Assembly (NCBI GenBank): GCA_041937175.2
Contig: CP166615.1
Location: forward strand, 2,912,001-2,976,000
DNA from: Limnothrix sp. BL-A-16
Lineage (GTDB): Bacteria; Cyanobacteriota; Cyanobacteriia; CACIAM-69d
DNA: 64,000 nucleotides
Direction of reading: 5' to 3'
In this document: piece after piece, positions 40,917 to 51,831 of the stretch
How the letters are laid out: each line of letters starts with the position of its first letter
Numbering within the stretch: the first letter of the stretch is position 1
Notes under the pieces: generated by a model
What the model was told of the DNA's origin: nothing
The model's input: the letters and a program-made list of their open reading frames with translations, nothing else
Databases searched by the model: none
Program-made: the position numbers and the translations under genes

Positions 40917-41753
40917 ATGGCACCTTCCGTATCTCGATCGAATGGCATTTCCAAGCCCTCTGCCTTTGACCAATGGCTGAAGAAAAACGGCAGCACGATT
41001 CTACTACCGGCGATCGGGATTTTAGGATTTTTGGCCATTTGGCAACTGATTGCTTGGTCTGGTGTGACCCGGTTGCCCGGCCCCCTGAGCGTGTTCACCG
41101 ACGATCGCACCCGCACCCTGCTGCTCTTCCCCTTCTACGATCGCGGCGGGTTGGATAAGGGGCTGTTTTGGCAAACCCTGGCGAGCCTCGGTCGGGTGGC
41201 TCAGGGCTATTTAATCGCCTCGGTGGTCGGCATTTCCTTGGGGATTTTAGTGGGTCTTTCACCAGCCATTGATAAGGCGCTGGATCCGGTTTTCCAGTTC
41301 CTGCGGATGATTGCCCCGTTGGCGTGGGTTCCGATCGCCCTGGTGACGTTCCAGCAACCGGAAATTTCCGCAATCTTCGTGATTTTTGTGACCGCTGTTT
41401 GGCCGATTTTGATTAACACCACGGTGGGTGTGAAGCAAATTCCCCAGGACTACATCAACGTCAAACAGGTGTTGCAACTCAAGCAAAAAACCTTTTTCTT
41501 CAAGATTCTGTTCCCCTCGGCGCTGCCTTACATCTTCACGGGCTTGCGGATTGCGATCGGTCTGTCTTGGTTGGCAATTATTGCGGCTGAAATCGTGATT
41601 GGTGGCACTTTGGGTATTGGCTTCTTTATCTGGGATGCCTATCAGCAAAACTACGTCAGCGAAATCATTCTGGGCGTGGTGTACATCGGGGCTGTGGGTT
41701 TGATTCTCGATCGCGCTGTTGCCTACATCCAAACCCTGATCCTGCCGGAATAA
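40917..41753 (+). CDS. cmpB: Bicarbonate ABC transporter permease
   Basis: DKGLFWQTLASLGRV, PLAWVP and FTGLRIAIG motifs. Confidence 0.9.
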   Translation: MAPSVSRSNGISKPSAFDQWLKKNGSTILLPAIGILGFLAIWQLIAWSGVTRLPGPLSVFTDDRTRTLLLFPFYDRGGLDKGLFWQTLASLGRVAQGYLIASVVGISLGILVGLSPAIDKALDPVFQFLRMIAPLAWVPIALVTFQQPEISAIFVIFVTAVWPILINTTVGVKQIPQDYINVKQVLQLKQKTFFFKILFPSALPYIFTGLRIAIGLSWLAIIAAEIVIGGTLGIGFFIWDAYQQNYVSEIILGVVYIGAVGLILDRAVAYIQTLILPE

Positions 41754-41775
41754 CTCGGTAAATCGCCAGTTTCAG

Positions 41776-41799
41776 AGGGCGCAAGCATTGCGCCCCTAC
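41776..41799. repeat. REP-like hairpin (GTAG family)
   Basis: AGGGCGCAAGCATTGCGCCCCTAC; relatives at 43841-43865 and 48748-48769. Confidence 0.7.
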
Positions 41800-41833
41800 T
41801 TATTCCCTCCGCTGGTTTTTAGAGGATTGCCCC

Positions 41834-43831
41834 ATGAGTGCATTCGTTGCGATCGAGAATCTCGAGAAAGTCTTTCCCCTCAACCAAGGCGAATATCTTG
41901 CCCTTAAAGGCATTGATTTAACCATTAAGAAGGGCGAGTTTGTTTCCCTGATTGGTCACTCCGGCTGCGGCAAATCTACCCTGCTGAACATGATTTCCGG
42001 GTTGGATTTTCCTACCGATGGCCTCGTCACCCTGGAAGGACAACGGATTAAGAAACCCGGGCCCGATCGGATGGTGGTGTTCCAAAACTATTCGCTGCTG
42101 CCCTGGCTAACGGCTCGCGAAAATATTGCCCTAGCCGTCGATGAAGTGATGGGTGATTTGCCCAAGGCTGAGCGCGATGCAATGGTGCAAACCCACATCG
42201 ACATGGTGGGTTTGAAACAAGCCGCCGAAAAGCGCCCCGGTCAACTGTCTGGCGGGATGAAACAACGAGTGGCAATCGCCCGAGCGCTGGCCCTCAAACC
42301 CAAGCTGTTGCTGTTGGATGAACCCTTCGGCGCACTCGATGCGTTGACTCGCGGGAATTTGCAAGAAAAGCTGATGCAAATTTGCGAGGAAAACCAAGTC
42401 ACCGCCGTGATGGTGACCCACGATGTAGATGAGGCGGTGTTGCTGAGCGATCGCATTGTCATGCTCACGAACGGCCCCGGCTCCAAGATTGGGCAAATTT
42501 TGGAAGTGGATATTCCCCGCCCTCGCAAGCGGATGGAAGTGGTGGAGCATCCCAGCTACTACAAGCTGCGATCGGAAATGATCTACTTCCTAAACCAACA
42601 GAAACGGGTGAAGAAAATCCGCGCCCGCAAGGTGGAAGTGGTCTCCAAACATGGCTTGGAAAAAGTCAATTTGGAAATTGGCTTTGTGCCCCTCACCGCC
42701 TGCGCCCCCCTGGCCGTTGCCAAAGAAAAGGGCTTCTTTGAAAAGTACGGTCTCGATGAAGTCAACCTGGTGCGGGAAACCAGTTGGCGCGGCATCGTGG
42801 ACGGGATTGCTGGGGGCTACATCGATGCGGCCCAAATGCCCTCGGGAATGCCCGTTTGGTTAACCGTTGGCGGCCATGAAGATCGCCCATTGCCCACGGT
42901 TACCTCCTTGACCATGAGCCGGAATGGGAACGCCGTCACCCTTTCCAAAAAACTGTTTGATGCGGGTATTCAAAGCGCCGCCGACTTCAAAAAGCTGCTG
43001 CGGGAAACCCCCGGGAAGTCCCACATTTTGGGCATGGTTCACCCCTCTTCGATGCACAATTTGCTGTTGCGCTATTGGCTAGCGGCAAATGACATTGACC
43101 CCGATCATGATGTGCATTTGGAAACAATTCCACCGGCTCAAATGGTGGTGGATTTGAAAGCGGGCAGCATTGACGGCTATTGCGTCGGTTCACCCTGGAA
43201 CCTGCGGGCGGCCATGGAAGGCGTGGGCGTAACGATCGCCACTGACCTGGAAATCTGGCAAGGTCACCCCGGCAAAGTCCTGGGCGTGCGCGAGGACTGG
43301 GCCAACGCTTACCCCAACACCCACGTGGCCCTCGTGAAGGCGCTGCTCGATGCTTGTCGCTACTGCTCCAATCCGGCAAACCATTTGGAAGTGCGCAAGA
43401 TTCTGAGCGATCGCGCCTATGTGGGCACCCGCGAGGAATACATCCACCTGGGCGATCCGAAGGAGCTGACCTGCGACCTGGGCAACCCGATCGAGTATGC
43501 CCACCATTGGTTCTATGGCGAAGGATCCAACCGTCCCAGCCGCACGGAACACCTGTGGATGATGGCACAGATGGCGCGTTGGGGCGATGTGCCGTTCCCG
43601 CGCAACTGGTTGGAAGTTTTGGAGCGGGTGGTGCGTCCGACCACCTACAGCATCGCAGCTCGGGAGTTGGGCTTGCTGGATGAGAAGTTCCGGCGCGGGG
43701 CGATCGAGCTGTTTGATGGTTCGGCCTTCGACGCGGAAGACCCGATCAGCTACCTAAACAGCCTGGCGATTAAGGCCAACATCTCGATCGCGGAAGTTCA
43801 CCTCGATCCGCCACGCGTGTTGGTGGCGTAA
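41834..43831 (+). CDS. cmpC: Bicarbonate ABC transporter ATPase with C-terminal binding-protein-like domain
   Basis: GHSGCGKS, LSGGMKQR and a fused NrtA/CmpA-like domain. Confidence 0.9.
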   Translation: MSAFVAIENLEKVFPLNQGEYLALKGIDLTIKKGEFVSLIGHSGCGKSTLLNMISGLDFPTDGLVTLEGQRIKKPGPDRMVVFQNYSLLPWLTARENIALAVDEVMGDLPKAERDAMVQTHIDMVGLKQAAEKRPGQLSGGMKQRVAIARALALKPKLLLLDEPFGALDALTRGNLQEKLMQICEENQVTAVMVTHDVDEAVLLSDRIVMLTNGPGSKIGQILEVDIPRPRKRMEVVEHPSYYKLRSEMIYFLNQQKRVKKIRARKVEVVSKHGLEKVNLEIGFVPLTACAPLAVAKEKGFFEKYGLDEVNLVRETSWRGIVDGIAGGYIDAAQMPSGMPVWLTVGGHEDRPLPTVTSLTMSRNGNAVTLSKKLFDAGIQSAADFKKLLRETPGKSHILGMVHPSSMHNLLLRYWLAANDIDPDHDVHLETIPPAQMVVDLKAGSIDGYCVGSPWNLRAAMEGVGVTIATDLEIWQGHPGKVLGVREDWANAYPNTHVALVKALLDACRYCSNPANHLEVRKILSDRAYVGTREEYIHLGDPKELTCDLGNPIEYAHHWFYGEGSNRPSRTEHLWMMAQMARWGDVPFPRNWLEVLERVVRPTTYSIAARELGLLDEKFRRGAIELFDGSAFDAEDPISYLNSLAIKANISIAEVHLDPPRVLVA

Positions 43832-43840
43832 ATCCCGAAA

Positions 43841-43865
43841 AGGGCGCACGGCGGTGCGCCCCTAC
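43841..43865. repeat. REP-like hairpin (GTAG family)
   Basis: AGGGCGCACGGCGGTGCGCCCCTAC. Confidence 0.7.
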
Positions 43866-43923
43866 TGACCATCATTGCTTTGTTTTGCAATCCGAATTAA
43901 CCGATTTGTCGGAGGTTTTTAGG

Positions 43924-44763
43924 ATGTCGATCGCCACAAACAGCGCTCAAAAAGTTGCGCCGCTCCAGTCTTCCGGCACGCCCTTTCTAGAGTTCAAAGG
44001 GGTTAACAAAACCTACCCCACCGGTAAAGGCCCTTACGTCGTTTTGGATGGGGTGAACCTGACCGTTAATGAGGGTGAGTTTATCTGTGTGATCGGTCAC
44101 TCCGGTTGCGGGAAATCAACCCTGTTGAGCATGGTTTCGGGTTTTGCCCAGCCCACCCACGGCACTGTCCGCCTCAAGGGTCAAGACATCAAAAAGCCCG
44201 GGCCCGATCGGATGGTGGTGTTCCAAAACTATGCCCTGCTGCCCTGGTTGACGGTGTTTGAAAATGTCTATCTAGCGATCGATGCGGTGTTTCCCGAAAA
44301 ACCTGAACGGGAAAAGCGCGCTATGGCTCGCGACAACCTGGCCATGGTGGGTCTCAGCGAAGCCATGGAAAAGAAGCCACCGCAAATTTCCGGGGGTATG
44401 AAGCAGCGGGTTTCGATCGCCCGCGCCCTTTCCATTCAACCGGAAGTGTTGATTCTCGATGAACCCTTTGGTGCGCTGGATGCGATTACCAAGGAAGAAC
44501 TCCAAGAAGAATTGCTGAAAATTTGGAGTGGTCGCCGCTGCACGGTATTGATGATCACTCACGACATTGATGAGGCACTTTTCTTGGCCGATAAGTTGGT
44601 GATGATGACCAATGGCCCTTCGGCAAAAATCGGGGAAGTGATGGATATTCCGTTCGATCGCCCGCGCGATCGGGATCTGATCATGGAAGATCCGCGCTAT
44701 TACGATTTGCGGAACTACGCCCTCGATTACCTATTCAATCGCTACGCCCACGACGACGAATAG
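43924..44763 (+). CDS. cmpD: Bicarbonate ABC transporter ATPase
   Basis: GHSGCGKS, ISGGMKQR and DEPFGALD motifs. Confidence 0.9.
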   Translation: MSIATNSAQKVAPLQSSGTPFLEFKGVNKTYPTGKGPYVVLDGVNLTVNEGEFICVIGHSGCGKSTLLSMVSGFAQPTHGTVRLKGQDIKKPGPDRMVVFQNYALLPWLTVFENVYLAIDAVFPEKPEREKRAMARDNLAMVGLSEAMEKKPPQISGGMKQRVSIARALSIQPEVLILDEPFGALDAITKEELQEELLKIWSGRRCTVLMITHDIDEALFLADKLVMMTNGPSAKIGEVMDIPFDRPRDRDLIMEDPRYYDLRNYALDYLFNRYAHDDE

Positions 44764-44807
44764 GCGCGATCGGTTTTTCCAGTTTTCTCCTCAGCAACTT
44801 TGCTTCT

Positions 44808-44845
44808 TCCCCGTTTGCCCCACCAGGGCGATCGGGGATTTTTTG
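44808..44845 (+). terminator. Intrinsic terminator of the cmp operon
   Basis: TCCCCG..GCCC-loop-GGGC..CGGGGA followed by a T run. Confidence 0.65.
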
Positions 44846-44885
44846 TTAAACTAATGCTCAACAGTGAATAGCTTTCTAGCGAACC

Positions 44886-45110
44886 ATGCCCTCTTTACTA
44901 TCCAGAATCACCATCAATCCAAAGCAATGCGGCGGTCGTCCTTGTATTCGTGGAATGCGAATTCGAGTTTCAGATATCCTGGATTTATTGGCAACAGGAT
45001 TAAGTAATTCAGAAGTTTTAGAAGAACTTCCTGACTTGGAACTAGAAGATATTCAGGCAGCTCTAATTTATGCAGCTCGCAAGTTAAATCATGTGGTCTT
45101 GGTTGGGTGA
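44886..45110 (+). CDS. DUF433 antitoxin-like protein
   Basis: RITINPKQCGGRPCIRGMRIRV. Confidence 0.88.
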   Translation: MPSLLSRITINPKQCGGRPCIRGMRIRVSDILDLLATGLSNSEVLEELPDLELEDIQAALIYAARKLNHVVLVG

Positions 45111-45463
45111 CAATGATTCAGACTTTGTGGCTAGATGCCCATCTTTCCCCAGCTTTAGCACCTTGGATTACTAATACATTTGATATTTCAACCCATGCCT
45201 TACGAGATGTAGGTCTTCGTGATGCAGAAGATCTGGAAATCTTTGAAGCGGCTCGCACCCAGTCAGCAGCGCTCATGACGAAAGATCGCGATTTTGTTGA
45301 GCTGGTTGAACGTCTCGGGCCGCCACCGCCCATTATTTGGCTAACTTGTGGCAACACATCCAATGCAAAACTGCGAGAGGTCTTATCGACAACCTTGCCC
45401 ACTGCATGGGAATTGCTAAAGCGGGGTGAAGCTCTTGTTGAAATTAGCGATCACGCTCTTTAA
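45107..45463 (+). CDS. DUF5615 PIN-like toxin
   Basis: LDAHLSP, D.EIF, TKDRDF and CGNTSN motifs; overlaps the DUF433 stop. Confidence 0.85.
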   Translation: MTMIQTLWLDAHLSPALAPWITNTFDISTHALRDVGLRDAEDLEIFEAARTQSAALMTKDRDFVELVERLGPPPPIIWLTCGNTSNAKLREVLSTTLPTAWELLKRGEALVEISDHAL

Positions 45464-45552
45464 CGACTCCTTAGTTCATTCTAGAATTCTCGACTTCCCA
45501 AAATCCAGCGCCCAAGGAACTCAAAAGCGATCGCCCAATATTCAAAAGCATT

Positions 45553-45621
45553 AAAAAACCGCCCGAAGCTTGTTCGAGCGGAGTGTGGTGTGAGGAGTGA
45601 ACGGAAACATGCGTCTCCGCT
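45553..45621 (-). ncRNA. yfr1: Yfr1 small RNA
   Basis: Hairpin, conserved ACTCCTCACAC, terminator hairpin plus U run; TAGAAT -10 at 45635-45630; downstream of guaB as is typical. Confidence 0.9.
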
Positions 45622-45718
45622 ATACCTCTATTCTATACGCTGCGTTTGCCTCTCGATAAGGATTGTGGCCGATCGCCCTATAAATCGAGACGAATCGACA
45701 ACCTCAGCGGGCGATCGA

Positions 45719-46882
45719 CTATTTGCCCATGCCCAACTGCTGCGCCTTCTGGTACACCTTGCCCTCGGTCAGCAGCGACGGCGCAACGGCCACCTCCACC
45801 TGCTGCATTTCCTTCAGGGTGCTGGCTCCCAAAGTGCCCATGCTGGTCTTCAGTGCGCCCAGCAGGTTGTGGGTGCCGTCGTCCAACTTCGCGGGGCCAA
45901 TCAGGATTTCTTCGAGGGTGCCCGTCGTGCCCACCTTGATCCGCGTGCCACGGGGCAACACTGGGCTGGGAGTCGCCATGCCCCAGTGGAAGCCACGACC
46001 CGGCGCACCGGCAGCCCGGGCAAAGGGCGAGCCAATCATCACCGCATCGGCTCCACAGGCGATGCACTTACAGATGTCGCCACCCGTGACCAAGCCACCA
46101 TCAGCAATGATCGGCACATATTTACCGGTCTTGGCGTGGAACTCATCGCGAGCGGCCACGCAGTCGGCCACGGCGGTGGCTTGGGGCACGCCAATGCCCA
46201 ACACACCGCGCGAGGTGCAAGCCGCACCGGGGCCAATGCCCACCAACACGGCGGCGGCTCCGGCTTCCAGCAGTTGCAGGGTCACTTCATAGGTGACGCA
46301 GTTGCCCAGGGCCACGGGCATCGGCATTTCTTTGCAGAACTTGGCCAAGTCCAGCGGGGTCACGCCTTCGGGGGAAACGTGGTTCGTGGAAACAACAGTG
46401 GCTTGGATAAAGAGGATGTCGGCTCCGGCTTCGGCGATCACGCTGCCGAATTTTTGGGCGGCGATCGGGGTGGCGCTGACGGCCGCAATGCCGCCGCCGG
46501 CCTTCATTTCCTGAATTCGCTTAGCAATCAAGGCTTCTTTGACCGGTTCGGCGTAGAGTTCTTGCATCAAGGGCACGAATTCATCTTTGCCGACGGAGGC
46601 AATCCGATCGAGGATCGGTTCGGGATCGTCGTAGCGGGTTTGGATCCCTTCCAGGTTCAACACGCCTAATGCCCCCAACTGGGCCAGCTTGATGGCGGTT
46701 TGGACATCCACCACGCCGTCCATGGCGCTGGCAATAATCGGGATCGTGCGTTCGATGCCGCCGATCGTCCAGCGGGTATCGGTGACGTTTGGATCAACGG
46801 TGCGGCCCCCCGGCACCAGGGCGATTTCATCAATACCGTAGGCCCGGCGAGCGGTTTTGCCTCGTCCCAATTGAATGTCCAC
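45719..46882 (-). CDS. guaB: IMP dehydrogenase family protein (GuaB3 type)
   Basis: ASAMD, GIGPGAACTSR, IADGG and WGMA motifs. Confidence 0.92.
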   Translation of the reverse strand: MDIQLGRGKTARRAYGIDEIALVPGGRTVDPNVTDTRWTIGGIERTIPIIASAMDGVVDVQTAIKLAQLGALGVLNLEGIQTRYDDPEPILDRIASVGKDEFVPLMQELYAEPVKEALIAKRIQEMKAGGGIAAVSATPIAAQKFGSVIAEAGADILFIQATVVSTNHVSPEGVTPLDLAKFCKEMPMPVALGNCVTYEVTLQLLEAGAAAVLVGIGPGAACTSRGVLGIGVPQATAVADCVAARDEFHAKTGKYVPIIADGGLVTGGDICKCIACGADAVMIGSPFARAAGAPGRGFHWGMATPSPVLPRGTRIKVGTTGTLEEILIGPAKLDDGTHNLLGALKTSMGTLGASTLKEMQQVEVAVAPSLLTEGKVYQKAQQLGMGK

Positions 46883-47297
46883 TGCGCTTGCTTGCTCCTT
46901 GGCTCGAATCGAGGTTTGCGATCGCTCATATAGACAACCCGAGAATTCGTTTTGCAGAGCGAATTCGGGGGGTGATTGAGCGGGTTGGCGAAATGTATTC
47001 CAGCTAGGGTATCAAATCTAGCAGACGGCGCGATCGCTTCTAGAATCTTGGGCGATCGATTCGCGATCGCCCCCTTGGCTTTCGGAGGACTGGGCCGGGA
47101 ATGGGCGGGTTGCGCGGCCCCCACAACGGTACAATTTGGGGCAGCGTTGCGGTCTGGCGCGGTTTTGCTGGCGCACGATCGCTGGTGAAATAAGGGTTTG
47201 CCCGCGTGGCTCCCTTGGTGTTGGCCGGCCCCTGGCCGACCCTGTGCTAATCACAAAAGCCGCAGTGATGTTGTCAATTGCCCCTGTGAATTGCCCT

Positions 47298-48671
47298 ATG
47301 GGTGCTGCTGAGTGGCCGGAAGTTTCTGCAACCAACGGAATCGCCACAGGTGCGATCGAACCGGAGCAATTACTCGATTTAGCCCAGCGGGCCGGTGCCG
47401 AAGCCGCTGAAGTTTATCAATCTCAGTCCCTATCGCGGCCGGTTTCCTTTGAAGCAAACCGCCTGAAGCAAATTGAAAGCGCCCAGGCCGCGGGCACGGC
47501 CTTGCGGCTTTGGAAAAATGGTCGGCCCGGCCTGGCGGTGGCCTATGGGCCCGTGGATGCCCAGGCCTTGGTGGAACGGGCGATCGCCCTCAGTGCGCTG
47601 AACGACCCGGAAGAAATTGAACTGGCTGAGAGCGCCGCCGCCGACCACTACCCAGACTTGGGCCAGGCGATCGCCGTGGAACAGTTAATTGAGTGGGGCA
47701 AAAGCGCGATCGCCCATATTCGCGATCGCCATCCCGATGTGCTCTGTTCTGCGGAGTGGGAAGCGGATGTGGAAACCACCCGATTGGTGAACTCCCGCGG
47801 CCTCGATTGTGGCTACAGCGACACCACCTTGGGCTGTTACCTATCCGCCGAGTGGGTGCGGGGCGATGACTTTTTATATGTAGCCGATGGGCAAACCCAG
47901 CGCGATCGACTCGACCCGATCGCGATCGCCCAACAGGTGGTGCAGCGGCTCGACTGGTCGCGACAAAACGCCGCCACCCTCACCGGCCGGTTGCCCGTCC
48001 TGTTCACGGCCAAAGCCGCCGACATGCTTTGGGGAACGATCCAAGCCGCCCTCAATGGCAAGCAAGCCCTCGAAGGAGCCTCGCCTTGGGGTGGGCAAAC
48101 GGGCAAGCTCGAAGGCAGCCGCCTGGGCGATCGGGTCTTGGATGGGGGAGTAACCCTGTCTCAGCAGCCCGACGAGGGGCCCTACAGTTGCCCCTTTGAT
48201 GACGAAGGCACGGCCACCCGGGCCATTGATTTTGTGAAAGACGGGGTGCTGCAAAGTTTCTACGCCGATCGCAAAACCGGCCGCCGTCTGGGCATGGGCA
48301 CCACCGGCAACGGTTTCCGGCCCGGCTTGGGCAGCTATCCGGCTCCCGGCCTGTTCAACATGGTGATTACCCCCGGCCAAGACAGTTTGGAGCAACTGAT
48401 TGCCAATTTGCCCTCGGGCCTGATCATTGACCAAATGTTGGGCGGCGGCGCAGGCATTTCTGGAGATTTCTCCGTCAATATTGACCTGGGCTTTTGGGTG
48501 GAACAGGGGCAAATTGTCGGCCGAGTCAAGGACACCATGGTGGCGGGCAATGTTTATGCAGCCTTGAAACAGGTGGTGGCTCTGGGGGGAGATGCGGAGT
48601 GGAACGGCTCTTGCTATACACCCTCGATCGTGGTGGATGGCCTGTCGATTACGGGGCGATCGGGTGATTAG
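47298..48671 (+). CDS. TldD/PmbA family protein
   Basis: PFDDEG, STGNG-like TTGNG, SGDFS and MVAGN motifs; start codon uncertain. Confidence 0.87.
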   Translation: MGAAEWPEVSATNGIATGAIEPEQLLDLAQRAGAEAAEVYQSQSLSRPVSFEANRLKQIESAQAAGTALRLWKNGRPGLAVAYGPVDAQALVERAIALSALNDPEEIELAESAAADHYPDLGQAIAVEQLIEWGKSAIAHIRDRHPDVLCSAEWEADVETTRLVNSRGLDCGYSDTTLGCYLSAEWVRGDDFLYVADGQTQRDRLDPIAIAQQVVQRLDWSRQNAATLTGRLPVLFTAKAADMLWGTIQAALNGKQALEGASPWGGQTGKLEGSRLGDRVLDGGVTLSQQPDEGPYSCPFDDEGTATRAIDFVKDGVLQSFYADRKTGRRLGMGTTGNGFRPGLGSYPAPGLFNMVITPGQDSLEQLIANLPSGLIIDQMLGGGAGISGDFSVNIDLGFWVEQGQIVGRVKDTMVAGNVYAALKQVVALGGDAEWNGSCYTPSIVVDGLSITGRSGD

Positions 48672-48826
48672 GCGATCGGCAGCATTCTGGCCGGATAACG
48701 GACAGGAAGGCTAACGGGCCAGCTTCCAGCGATCGCTTCCAAAAGCAAGGGCGCACCGCAATGCGCCCTCAGCTCATCTCATTTGGTTCCCGTACTTTGG
48801 CTATGCAGCCCCAGCGATCGGAACAG

Positions 48827-51676
48827 TTAGCCCACAGCCCCGGCGGTCGTCAGGGTCGATCGCAAGCTCAAGACCTGTTGCAGGCGGCGGCTTTCCAGCT
48901 CCAGCACCCGGCGGGACAGCTCGCGATCGTGATCCAGCAGGTCATCGAAGCGATCGACCGGCATCGCCAAAATCCGCGTCGGCTCCGACAGGGCCACCAC
49001 CGTGCCCGTTTGTTCCGAATGGGCCAGCACTTCCAGCTCGTCGAGCACTTGCCCCGGATGGAAGGCGGTCGGTTCTGGCTCGCCCGGGCGAGTGATTTGC
49101 GCGTCCCCTTCGATCAACACCAGCAGTTCGCGGCAGGTGTCGCCCGCTTCGACGATTTCCGCCCCGGCCCGGTAGCTGCGCACTTCCGATCGCGCCGCCA
49201 CTTCCAACAGCAATTGCCCGTTCAAATCCGCAAAGAAATCGGTGTTGGCCAAGGCTGCCAGTTTTTCCAGGGTCGGACAATCCACCAACAGTAGGGGCCG
49301 ATCGGGGTCAGCGTTCACCACCCGTTGGGCCGTGTCCGCCACGATCGGGTCAGGGGCCGCCAACCAGTCGCGGGCCATGCTGACTGCTCGGGGGCGATCG
49401 ATCCGTGCCAACCCAAACAGGGCCACCGCTTGGGCCGTGGGCGGCATTTCCACCTCACCCACCAAATGGGCCAGGTCATCGGCAATATCCGAAGCGGGCA
49501 GGTCGATCGCACAAGCGCCGCCGCCCGGGGTGTTGAGCTGCTGCCAAATCTCAGGCGCTAGGCGATCGCGCCAGCGATCGTCTGGATCGGCCAGCACATC
49601 CGGCAGGGTGACGGCGGCCAAGTTGCTGAGGGTTTGGGCAAACCGATCGGCGACCGGATCGCTGCCTAACCGCTCCAGAATTTCCAGCAGGCCGCGAATC
49701 ACCAACTCCTGCTGGTGGCGCACGGTCGATCGCAACACTGTTAATAGTGACGACAGGGCCGGCTGGGCCAGCAGTTGCGGTTGGTGCAAGCGACGGAAGC
49801 GATCAACCTCCACGGTCAGTCGCGCGATTAATCGATCGCCGCGCTGTTCCGCCGCCTGAACCCGATCGAGCTGGGCGATCGCCCGTTCTTCGTCACTGTC
49901 ACTAATCCCATATTCCAAGCGCAGGGCCGCCAACTCCTCGGGGTTAACCGCCAAGGATTCCAAGGCACTTTGGCGCGGGCCACCTCGGTTGCCTTGCAGG
50001 GCGATCGTCCGTTCCAGGGCCCGCCGATAGCCCGTCAGACGCACCAGGTTTTCCAAGCTGCGTTGGCGGCTCGGATCCAGCAGGGCCGGATCTTCCACGC
50101 CCAATTGCACCAACACTTCCCGGTGATCATCATCGGAAATATCCAACTCTTGGCGCAGTTGCCGCAACACTTCCAAGCTGCTGGCCGTGTCCGTGAAGCC
50201 TTCTTCCAAGGATTCGCGCAACACGCCTTTGTAGGCTTCCCGCCGTTGGTTTTGGGTGAAACCGGGCAGCACCTTGGCTAGCACATACAGCTCGTGGGGG
50301 TTGAGGTCATCGATCGACCGGCCCTCAAAGTATTGCGCCACATCCAACCGCATTTTCACCAGTTGCTTGCGGAAGCGGTTGGCCAAGTTCTCCAGGGAAT
50401 AGAGCCGAGGGCTACGAGACCAGGCCCGTTGCAACCAAAAGGCACTGAGCAGCACAAGGGACACATCCCACAACCACTGCACCTTGTAGGGCAGTTGGGT
50501 GATGATCGGTCGGCCGCCAAAGATAAAGAAGAAGTTGAACACCGCAAAGGTGCAAATCGTAAAAATCCGGTGTTGCAGCACTTCGCGGGGCAGTTTGGCG
50601 CTGCCGGCCCACAGTTGCCGAATCGCCCGCTCCGCCGCTAGCCCGATCGCCACCCCCAACAGGGTAAACAGCCCCAAGGTCAGGGGCACAGCCAGCAACT
50701 TGGGAATCGAGATCGCCTGGCCCGCCAGATAAAATCCGGGTTTCAGCCATTGGCCGATCGCGTCGGTTTGGCGCGCCCAATAGCCGGACATGTAGTAATT
50801 CCAGTTGCCAGCGTAGAGGTAGTAGTAGCCAAAGTAGCCCACCACCAAACCCACATAGCCGTAATAGAGCCAGCGGGTGGTGCGATCGGTGATGTCATCC
50901 CAGTACGATCGCTCGGAATCAATATCAATGCAGGGATTTTGGCAGGCCACGCAGGCGCTGCGTTCCTTGCCTTCCGGGTCGATCGTCCGGCACATGGACT
51001 GGGTGATCGGCGTTTCGCTGGTGTGGGCTTTGCTGGCAAACAGGCCGCCCGGTTCCCCATAGATCCGCTGTACCGGGGCCATGGGGCAAAAATACTGACA
51101 CCAGGATTTCCCACCATAGAAATAGCCGACGGTAATCGCGATCGCGATCGTCCCCAACAGCCAAATACCCAGGGCCAGGCGATCGGAGTTGATCACCAAA
51201 ATCCGCAAACACAGGCCCAAAAATAGCCAGCCAAATTGCAAATAGGGATAGTTGCGACCCAGCCAGGAATTGGGTTTGACCTTGGCCAGTTCCGATTTCA
51301 CCTTGCCGGTTTTCGGATCGGTTTTGGTGCGTTGCCGTTGCCAACCCAGGGCGCGGGGAATTTGCGACAGAAACGACAGGGGACAAATCCGCCGCCACAG
51401 CTCATGGCCAAACACCAACAAAATCAAAATCCCCGCCGGGACAACAATTCCCCAAAACAGGGAAGTGCCGATCGGGTAGGGCTGTTCGGGCAAGCAGTTG
51501 CCTTGCACCATCACACATCGGCTGGGGTCAACCCGAAACGGACTCCAGGTTTGCTCCCAGCGGGTCAAAACTGAGGAAAAGGGGTCATAAAACAAAGAGG
51601 CGATCGCGAGGAGCCACCCGATCGTCAGCACCCAACGAACCTGATGAAAGGTGCGTTCAGAGAAGCGAGCGAACAT
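48827..51676 (-). CDS. Polytopic membrane protein with Fe-S binding motifs and C-terminal cNMP-binding domain
   Basis: RRICP, WCQYFCP and CVACQNPC motifs; HEAT-like helices; C-terminal cNMP fold. Confidence 0.8.
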   Translation of the reverse strand: MFARFSERTFHQVRWVLTIGWLLAIASLFYDPFSSVLTRWEQTWSPFRVDPSRCVMVQGNCLPEQPYPIGTSLFWGIVVPAGILILLVFGHELWRRICPLSFLSQIPRALGWQRQRTKTDPKTGKVKSELAKVKPNSWLGRNYPYLQFGWLFLGLCLRILVINSDRLALGIWLLGTIAIAITVGYFYGGKSWCQYFCPMAPVQRIYGEPGGLFASKAHTSETPITQSMCRTIDPEGKERSACVACQNPCIDIDSERSYWDDITDRTTRWLYYGYVGLVVGYFGYYYLYAGNWNYYMSGYWARQTDAIGQWLKPGFYLAGQAISIPKLLAVPLTLGLFTLLGVAIGLAAERAIRQLWAGSAKLPREVLQHRIFTICTFAVFNFFFIFGGRPIITQLPYKVQWLWDVSLVLLSAFWLQRAWSRSPRLYSLENLANRFRKQLVKMRLDVAQYFEGRSIDDLNPHELYVLAKVLPGFTQNQRREAYKGVLRESLEEGFTDTASSLEVLRQLRQELDISDDDHREVLVQLGVEDPALLDPSRQRSLENLVRLTGYRRALERTIALQGNRGGPRQSALESLAVNPEELAALRLEYGISDSDEERAIAQLDRVQAAEQRGDRLIARLTVEVDRFRRLHQPQLLAQPALSSLLTVLRSTVRHQQELVIRGLLEILERLGSDPVADRFAQTLSNLAAVTLPDVLADPDDRWRDRLAPEIWQQLNTPGGGACAIDLPASDIADDLAHLVGEVEMPPTAQAVALFGLARIDRPRAVSMARDWLAAPDPIVADTAQRVVNADPDRPLLLVDCPTLEKLAALANTDFFADLNGQLLLEVAARSEVRSYRAGAEIVEAGDTCRELLVLIEGDAQITRPGEPEPTAFHPGQVLDELEVLAHSEQTGTVVALSEPTRILAMPVDRFDDLLDHDRELSRRVLELESRRLQQVLSLRSTLTTAGAVG

Positions 51677-51831
51677 GAGTTTTTTGAGCGAAATAGGGGA
51701 GTAATGAAAACGAAATCAGGCCAATGAATCCTGCTATCAACGCACAGAACGAGGTGCAGGGCCCGCCCCGCACCTCAATCTTAAAAAATCGCTATTACAA
51801 GTTGGGAAGCGGTGGCTCCTCTGCCGGTCTC

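Noticed and set aside
39435..44763. nrtABCD nitrate transporter
   Set aside because: The binding protein carries the CmpA signature, no nirA/narB is adjacent, and the upstream site is LysR-like
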